From Candidatus Nomurabacteria bacterium (GTDB lineage: Bacteria > Patescibacteriota > Minisyncoccia > Phycocordibacterales > UBA9973), in NCBI GenBank assembly GCA_021413905.1, contig JAIOPO010000005.1:2027-66026 (forward strand): DNA of 64,000 bases. Reading direction: 5' to 3'. The notes under the pieces were generated by a model. The model ran no database searches, was not told the origin of the DNA, and was given only the letters and a program-made list of their open reading frames with translations. Within the stretch, counting starts at the first letter, position 1. Every line of letters begins with the position of its first letter. The position numbers were made by a program, and so were the translations under genes. Shown one piece after another: positions 57,687-64,000 of this stretch.

Positions 57687-59507
57687 ATGAAAAATTTTAT
57701 AGAAAAATATGGAATAGCTATTTTGGTGTTGATTGGTTTGTTTTGTCAGGGTATTTTTCATTTATTACACAATGTATCAATGGGAAATTATATTGCAATA
57801 ATCGTCGCAATTATCGCATTATTACCCACAATATTTAAAATAATTTCTGATATTGTCGCAGGTTCATTTGGTGTAGATGTCATAGCTCTTGTGGGTATCA
57901 TAGCTTCCCTTTTGCTCGGTGAATATACAGCAGGACTCATAATATTATTGATGCTTTCAGGCGGAGAAGTTTTAGAAAGATACGCCCTATCAAAAGCTCA
58001 AGACGGAATATCACATTTGATAAAAGAAAATCCAACACAAGCGAATGTGATTGACGGAGAAAAAGAATATATATTGCCTATTAATGAAGTAATGGTCGGC
58101 ACTTTAATCTTGGTTAAACAACATGAATTAATTCCTTTGGACGGAATAGTCATCAAAGGTGAATCTTTGGTAGATGAAGCAAAAATCACAGGAGAAAGTG
58201 TGCCGGTTAAAAAAACAAAAGATTCATTGGTCATGAGTGGAAGCATCAATACAGGATCCCCTTTATATATACAAACTACAAAAAGAGACACGGAAAGTAC
58301 TTATCAAAATATTATTTATTTGGTTGAAAAAGCGCAAAAAATAAAACCGAATTTTATTCGTATGGCGGACAGATATAGTGTAGTATTTACGATTATTACT
58401 TTTATAATGGCTTTCGGTGCATATTTTTTTACCGGTGAATGGATCAATGCTTTATTGGTATTGGTGGTGGCTACTCCTTGCCCGCTCATTCTCGCAGCAC
58501 CGACAGCATTTGCTTCCGGTATCAGCATGCTCGCGAAATATGGCGTAATAGTGCAAAATCCAGACGCATTGGAACGTCTTTCAAAAGCGGAAGTTTTTCT
58601 TTTTGATAAAACAGGCACACTCACCTATGGGACACCTAAAGTGCATAAAATAGAAATATTCGATAGTAAATACTCCGAAGAAGAATTGATGAAAATGCTT
58701 TTTTCAATTGAAAAATTTTCTACACATATACTATCCGACTCTGTGACAAATTATGCAAAAGAAAAAAATATAAATTCTTATGAAATTGAAGATTTTTGTG
58801 AAAATTTAGGTGAAGGCGTTTGCGGAAAAATAAATAATAAATTTATAAAATGCGGAAAATACACTTTTGTGCAAAATGATTTGAATGCAATAGAAAAAGA
58901 GCGTGAAGATGATTCTATGTATGTATACATATCCATGGATGGCTCTGTCTTGGGCAGAATTTCTTTTTTAGATGAAGTCAGACCAAGCATGAAAAATTTT
59001 ATCGTAAAATTAAAAAATATGGCGCCAATAGTCGCCCTTGTGTCCGGAGACAAAAAGAAAAGAGCAGAAAAAATAGCAAACCTTGTAGGTATAGATATTG
59101 TTGAATCAGATTGTTCTCCGGAAGACAAAGTTAAAATAGTAGAGAAATATTTAAAAATACATCATGGTGTGGTGATGGTCGGAGATGGTATCAACGATGC
59201 TCCGGCTTTGGTACGCTCTGATGTGGGTATTGTCATGAGTTCAGGCAGTAACAATGTAGCGACATCAAATGGCAGTATGGTTATCACAGGAGATAATCCG
59301 GAAGTAATCTTGCAAGCGATAAATATAACAAAAAGAACATTGTATATAGCACAACAATCCATATTCGTCGGACTCGGGCTTAGTATTATTTTAATGTTCT
59401 GCGGAGCGTTTAAATTATATACTCCCGTCCAAGGCGCATTGATGCAAGAAATAATCGATGTGATAGTTATAGTCAATGCATTACGCGTACGAACTATAAA
59501 AAATTAA
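57687..59507 (+). CDS. Heavy-metal P1B-type ATPase (P1B-5 signature, no hemerythrin domain)
   Basis: TGES, TPCPL, DKTGTLT, GDGIND, QxxxxGxxxSxxxM, QEIID. Confidence 0.9.
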   Translation: MKNFIEKYGIAILVLIGLFCQGIFHLLHNVSMGNYIAIIVAIIALLPTIFKIISDIVAGSFGVDVIALVGIIASLLLGEYTAGLIILLMLSGGEVLERYALSKAQDGISHLIKENPTQANVIDGEKEYILPINEVMVGTLILVKQHELIPLDGIVIKGESLVDEAKITGESVPVKKTKDSLVMSGSINTGSPLYIQTTKRDTESTYQNIIYLVEKAQKIKPNFIRMADRYSVVFTIITFIMAFGAYFFTGEWINALLVLVVATPCPLILAAPTAFASGISMLAKYGVIVQNPDALERLSKAEVFLFDKTGTLTYGTPKVHKIEIFDSKYSEEELMKMLFSIEKFSTHILSDSVTNYAKEKNINSYEIEDFCENLGEGVCGKINNKFIKCGKYTFVQNDLNAIEKEREDDSMYVYISMDGSVLGRISFLDEVRPSMKNFIVKLKNMAPIVALVSGDKKKRAEKIANLVGIDIVESDCSPEDKVKIVEKYLKIHHGVVMVGDGINDAPALVRSDVGIVMSSGSNNVATSNGSMVITGDNPEVILQAINITKRTLYIAQQSIFVGLGLSIILMFCGAFKLYTPVQGALMQEIIDVIVIVNALRVRTIKN

Positions 59508-59511
59508 TTTG

Positions 59512-59596
59512 CGGAGGCGGTGAGATTCGAACTCACGGTCCGGTAAGGGACGACGGTTTAGTAAACCGTTGATTTAAACCACTCATCCACGCCTCC
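59512..59596 (-). tRNA. tRNA-Ser(ACT)
   Basis: GGAGGCG/CGCCTCC, D stem GAT/ATC, ACGGT-TTACTAA-ACCGT, variable stem GTCC/GGAC, GTGAG-TTCGAAT-CTCAC, G73. Confidence 0.9.
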
Positions 59597-59768
59597 TTCG
59601 TTTGATATCCACACCAACGTAGATAACATATATATCTTATACTCTATTTTTTTAGAGTCAAATTTATTTTTTTAAAAAATGGAAAAAATACATAAATATG
59701 CTAAAGTGTTTAATGTAAGTTGAATAAATGGAGCCGTGTGTTATTGGTTTTTAAGTTAGTATAATTAT

Positions 59769-59857
59769 GGAGCCGTGTCAGAGCGGTCTAACGTACCTCT
59801 TTGCTAAAGAGGCAGGGGCTTCAAAACCCCTCGACGGTTCGAATCCGTCCGGCTCCG
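59769..59857 (+). tRNA. tRNA-Ser(GCT)
   Basis: GGAGCCG/CGGCTCC, CCTCT-TTGCTAA-AGAGG, variable arm AGGGG/CCCCT, GACGG-TTCGAAT-CCGTC. Confidence 0.92.
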
Positions 59858-59892
59858 CAACAAATCGAAATCCAAATCTGCGCGAGAAATAT

Positions 59893-61050
59893 TTATTTAT
59901 ATTTCTGTATAACTTCAGAAACAATTTTTACTACATTTTTATCAAGCATTGATGGCAAGATTTTATTTACAGACAAATCTGTTACAGAGTCCGCAAGAGC
60001 TTCTGCAATATCCAAAAACATTTCAGTTTTAAATTGCGGAATATTATTTTCAAGCATTCCTTTAAAAGCTCCAGGGAAAACAAGAGAATTATTTAATTGA
60101 TTTTGAAAATCACTGCGTCCTGTGGCTACGATAAACGCGCCAGCTTCATATGCTTCGTCAGGCATTATCTCCGGTGTCGGATTTGCCAAAGCAAAAATTA
60201 TCGGCTTCTCTGCCATAGAGCGCACCATCTCCCCCGTCAAAAGACCCGGCTTGGAAAGACCAATAAATACATTTGCATTTTTTACAGCATCAGCCAAACC
60301 TCCTTTTTCCATATGAGCATTACTCATCTCCAATAATTCTTTTTTTTCTTTTGTCAGATCTGTTCTTTCAGAATGAATAATGCCATGACTGTCGCAATAA
60401 ATAATATTTTTTATTCCATACATTATCAAAAGTCGTGCAGTCGCCACACCCGCTGCACCGATGCCATTTATTACTATTTTTACATCTTCTTTTTTAATGC
60501 CGGATAATTTCAAAGAATTTATAAGTCCGACCAAGGTGACAGTCCCCGCGCCCCATTGATCATCATGCATCACAGGTATATTCAATTCTTTCCTCAACCT
60601 TTCTTCAATTTCAAAACATCTCGGAGCAGAAATATCTTCCAAGTTTATTCCTCCGAAAACAGGTGCTATTTGTTTTACCGCTTTTATTATTTCTTCCGTG
60701 TCTTGCGTATCGAGACATATTGGAAAAGCATCTACGTCCGCAAATTCTTTAAATATTGCAGCCTTGCCTTCCATCACAGGTATAGATGCAAGTGCACCCA
60801 AATTCCCAAGCCCTAATATCGCAGAACCATCAGAAACGATAGCCACCGTATTTCTTTTCAGAGTATATTCACGAGCGAGAGATGGGTCACGAGCTATTTC
60901 CCTACTGACTTCTGCCACTCCCGGGCTATATGCCAAAGAAAGCACATCCAAAGAATCGAGTTTTATCTTGCTTATAGTCTCAATCTTACCATGATATTTC
61001 GCATGCAATTCCAATGATTTTTTATATAATTCTTCGTGTATTTCAGACAT
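59893..61050 (-). CDS. NAD(P)-dependent malic enzyme
   Basis: SLAYSPGVA, PVMEGKA, INLEDISAPRCF, HDDQWG, FALANPTPEI, ATGRSD. Confidence 0.93.
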   Translation of the reverse strand: MSEIHEELYKKSLELHAKYHGKIETISKIKLDSLDVLSLAYSPGVAEVSREIARDPSLAREYTLKRNTVAIVSDGSAILGLGNLGALASIPVMEGKAAIFKEFADVDAFPICLDTQDTEEIIKAVKQIAPVFGGINLEDISAPRCFEIEERLRKELNIPVMHDDQWGAGTVTLVGLINSLKLSGIKKEDVKIVINGIGAAGVATARLLIMYGIKNIIYCDSHGIIHSERTDLTKEKKELLEMSNAHMEKGGLADAVKNANVFIGLSKPGLLTGEMVRSMAEKPIIFALANPTPEIMPDEAYEAGAFIVATGRSDFQNQLNNSLVFPGAFKGMLENNIPQFKTEMFLDIAEALADSVTDLSVNKILPSMLDKNVVKIVSEVIQKYK

Positions 61051-61106
61051 ATTTAAAGTATAACAGATTTTATATTATTTTATAATTTTGTTATAATGAA
61101 TTTATT

Positions 61107-61358
61107 ATGGAAAATAAAGTAATAGAAAAAATAGCAAGTGTAAATAAAGATATTAAAAAACAAACTTCCGGTTATATTTTGACGGCTTTTGGTTTAGTAG
61201 TTGGTTTGGCGTGGAATGACGCGATTAAAAATTTAATTGAATTTCTTTTCCCTCTAAATCAAAATTCAATCTTGGCAAAATTCCTCTACGCAATAATTTT
61301 GACAATACTCATCATTCTCGCCGGAAAATACATTTTCAAAAATTCAGAGGAGAAATAA
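61107..61358 (+). CDS. Small 2-TM protein (DUF5654-like)
   Basis: TAFGLVVGLAWNDAIK..FLYAIILT. Confidence 0.75.
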   Translation: MENKVIEKIASVNKDIKKQTSGYILTAFGLVVGLAWNDAIKNLIEFLFPLNQNSILAKFLYAIILTILIILAGKYIFKNSEEK

Positions 61359-61360
61359 AT

Positions 61361-62098
61361 TTACTGCGCTAAATTTATAACAATAAATATAAAAGCTACA
61401 CCGAGAATTGTGGCAATAGTTGTCCACTTTGTCGGATGTGCGTGATAGCTCTCAGGCACTAAATCAGACGCACCAATATACAAAAAGAAACCGGCAAATA
61501 AAGCCAATACAAGTCCCAATGTGGATTCTTGCACAGTTATAAAAACAGACAAAATAATTCCGAGGACAGGAGTAAATGCATTCACTAAAAGCCATCGCAT
61601 TGCTTGTTTTTTATTTCCACCAGCTTTGAAAATAGCAGTCACAGTATTTATACCATCTGAGAAATCATGAGCGAGTACTGCCACAGCGACTACTGCACCG
61701 AGCACAGGAGAAACTTTAAATGCTAATCCAATACCAAGTCCATCTAAAAAACTATGAAAAGACAAACTTGAAGCTCTCAAAGTACCCCTATTGGAATGCT
61801 CATGGTTATGTTCAATATTTTCCAAACATGTATTGTCTGTATGAGAATGCAAAACAAACATCCTGTCTAAAATCAAATATAAAATAAAACCCAAAGCCAC
61901 CACTCCTGTCACAAAAAGTATAGGATACATAGAACTTATGTCCAATGCTTCTGGCAACAAATCAAAAAATGCCACACCTATCACAGCTCCAGCAGAAAAA
62001 CCTGTAATCAAATGCGTTTTGTCCTTGAAACGCAAGGAAAAAAAACCTCCTAAAAATGTAAATAATGCCGTAGATATAGCTATTAAAAATAAAGTCAT
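61361..62098 (-). CDS. ZIP-family metal transporter
   Basis: DLLPEA, His-rich loop, HSFLDG, AHDFSDG, DLVPE. Confidence 0.9.
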   Translation of the reverse strand: MTLFLIAISTALFTFLGGFFSLRFKDKTHLITGFSAGAVIGVAFFDLLPEALDISSMYPILFVTGVVALGFILYLILDRMFVLHSHTDNTCLENIEHNHEHSNRGTLRASSLSFHSFLDGLGIGLAFKVSPVLGAVVAVAVLAHDFSDGINTVTAIFKAGGNKKQAMRWLLVNAFTPVLGIILSVFITVQESTLGLVLALFAGFFLYIGASDLVPESYHAHPTKWTTIATILGVAFIFIVINLAQ

Positions 62099-62163
62099 AA
62101 AGATATTATATAGATAAAAAAGACAATAGACAAATATTCAATTAAAAATGTTATAATAAAAAT

Positions 62164-62916
62164 ATGAATGAAGAAGAGATAAAAAAATTAAAAGAAGAAA
62201 ATGAAAGATTGCGACAACTTTGTGCTATAAAATCTGACATTATTTCTATTAGCGCACATCAGATACGCACATCCCTTTCAGCTTTGAAATGGATAATAAA
62301 AATGTTTCTAGATGGAGATTTAGGTAAAATAACTTTTGAACAAGAAAATCTTTTACGTAAAGCTTATGAAAGCAACGATAGATCCATAAATACCGTCAAT
62401 GATTTATTACTAGCAAATAAGACCGAGAATGTCACTGAGAAAGAATATATTTTTGAATCAGTAAACATGGTAGAAATAATAGAAAAATCAATTTTTGATT
62501 TTTCTGGTGAATCTTACAATAATGGAATTGAAATTATATTTTTAAAACCAAATGAAAAAATACAAGAAGTAAAAGCTGATAAAGAAAAAATTAGAGTTGT
62601 GTTTCAAAACCTTCTAGAAAACGCGATAAAATACAGCAATTATCATGGGAAAATTTTTATCGGAATCAGAATGAATGAAGAAAATTTTATTGAAGTGTCA
62701 GTCAAAGATACAGGAATAGAAATCTCAGAAGAAAACAAATCAAAAATATTTGAAAAATTTTACAGAACTCCGGAAGCACAGAAAAAAGAAGTTGTTGGTT
62801 CTGGCATAGGTCTTTTTACTGTGAAAAAAATAGTCGAAAATCATGGTGGAAAAATATGGTTTAATAGTGAAAAAGGCTCCAGTACAACGTTCTTTTTCAC
62901 AATTCCAATATTTTAA
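62164..62916 (+). CDS. Soluble histidine kinase (HisKA + HATPase only)
   Basis: AHQIRT, NLLENAIKY, DTG, GSGIGL; no TM or sensor domain. Confidence 0.88.
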   Translation: MNEEEIKKLKEENERLRQLCAIKSDIISISAHQIRTSLSALKWIIKMFLDGDLGKITFEQENLLRKAYESNDRSINTVNDLLLANKTENVTEKEYIFESVNMVEIIEKSIFDFSGESYNNGIEIIFLKPNEKIQEVKADKEKIRVVFQNLLENAIKYSNYHGKIFIGIRMNEENFIEVSVKDTGIEISEENKSKIFEKFYRTPEAQKKEVVGSGIGLFTVKKIVENHGGKIWFNSEKGSSTTFFFTIPIF

Positions 62917-62957
62917 AATGATTTGTTTTTTAAATAACTTAATAGTATAATAAACAT

Positions 62958-63335
62958 ATGGCAAAGAAAATACTTATAATCGAAGATGACAGTTTCCTTC
63001 AAGGACTTGAGGCTACAAAACTTCAAAAAGAAGGATACGATGTAGTAACAGCATTAAACAGCATAGAGGCTTTTAAAGTAATAGATGATAAAAAAGATGA
63101 AATCGATCTTATCCTTCTCGATTTACTTTTACCAGAAGTTGATGGTTTTATGATACTTGAAAAAATTCGTGAAAATAAATCTTTACTTACAATACCCGTC
63201 ATAGTATTTTCAAATCTTTCAGAAGAAAAAGATATTAAACGAGCTCAAAAACTCGGCATAAGTGAGTTCATGGTTAAATCAAATTTTACTTTGGACGAAT
63301 TGGCGAAAAGAATAAAAGATTTGATCGGATTATAG
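62958..63335 (+). CDS. Single-domain response regulator
   Basis: ILIIEDD, LLDLLLPEVDG, FMVK. Confidence 0.9.
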   Translation: MAKKILIIEDDSFLQGLEATKLQKEGYDVVTALNSIEAFKVIDDKKDEIDLILLDLLLPEVDGFMILEKIRENKSLLTIPVIVFSNLSEEKDIKRAQKLGISEFMVKSNFTLDELAKRIKDLIGL

Positions 63336-63342
63336 CAATATA

Positions 63343-64000
63343 ATGCAATTGCAAGATAAACTCGAAATAAAATTTCGATTGGATGAAGCACAGAAAAAAG
63401 CTTTACATAAGCTTAAGATTTTTTCTGTGCATGATTTACTTTTTCATTTTCCTATTAGATATTCAGATATAAGCCAAGTGAAACAAATAACAGAATTAGT
63501 ACCAAATGAAATAGCCACAGTTTACGGCAAAATTTCGAAACTAAAAACCAAAAAATCTTTTAAAACAAAAGTTCCGATGGGAGAAGCTGAAATAGCAGAC
63601 CTTTCAGGTAAAATAAAAATCACTTGGTTTCATCAAGCTTATCTGGCTAAAATGATACACGAAGGTGATACTGTCATGCTCACAGGTAAAGTAAATCAAG
63701 GTAAAAATGGTATCTATTTAGCAAATCCTGAATTTGAAAAAACACCAAATATGCCCATAGATGCACATGATACACTATTTGCCAAAGAAGGCATCAGTAA
63801 TGAGGGTTTTTCTTTTCCTGTATATCCTGAAACAAAAGGAATAACATCAAAATGGTTTTATCATAAAATAGAAAAAATAATCGGAGACAAAACACTCGAC
63901 AATATCACAGATTATATACCACAAGATATATTAAAAAAATACAATTTGCCAAGTTTAAAAACAGCGCTCATTTGGATACACAAACCAAAAGACAAAAAAG
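63343..64000 (+). CDS. recG: ATP-dependent DNA helicase RecG, N-terminal part (runs off window end)
   Basis: Hand translation: KLKIFSVHDLLFHFPIRYSD, ITWFHQAY, ANPEFE, PVYPETKGITSKW, ALIWIHKP. Confidence 0.85.
   Translation, partial: MQLQDKLEIKFRLDEAQKKALHKLKIFSVHDLLFHFPIRYSDISQVKQITELVPNEIATVYGKISKLKTKKSFKTKVPMGEAEIADLSGKIKITWFHQAYLAKMIHEGDTVMLTGKVNQGKNGIYLANPEFEKTPNMPIDAHDTLFAKEGISNEGFSFPVYPETKGITSKWFYHKIEKIIGDKTLDNITDYIPQDILKKYNLPSLKTALIWIHKPKDKK

Noticed and set aside
59767-60100. ORFs 59767..59952 and 59801..60100
   Set aside because: They overlap tRNA-Ser(GCT) and the malic enzyme antisense strand, so they are shadow ORFs.

Overview
This is an AT-rich, gene-dense window (genetic code 11) that looks like a Patescibacteria/CPR chromosome, most likely Parcubacteria (Nomurabacteria-like). 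That placement is inferred from trimmed aminoacyl-tRNA synthetases, a hinge-less SMC, a type IV pilus cluster with no PilQ, and near-leaderless promoters. Core genes include mreBC, proS, rpsB-tsf, rpoB-rpoC-dnaG-rpoD, rpsP-khpA-trmD, rnr, smc-rnc-nusB-rpmF, thrS, gyrB, pheST, trhO, a UvrD-nuclease, truB, ligA, T4P/comF, a P1B ATPase, malic enzyme, a ZIP transporter, an HK/RR pair, recG and four tRNAs. Four observations stand out. (1) Several families of short palindromic or repeated DNA elements appear inserted in-frame inside essential genes (trmD x2, dnaG, pheT x2, uvrD, rnr, truB, smc). (2) A wHTH-Cas2/VapD-fold (PaaX-like) gene is bracketed by two 35-bp palindromic sites whose asymmetric cores are inverted. 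(3) A well-formed tRNA-Ser with the rare A34 anticodon ACT sits back-to-back with tRNA-Ser(GCT). (4) The 3' end of tRNA-Thr is duplicated. No CRISPR array, integrase or transposase was seen. All calls come from reading motifs by eye; no database search was run.
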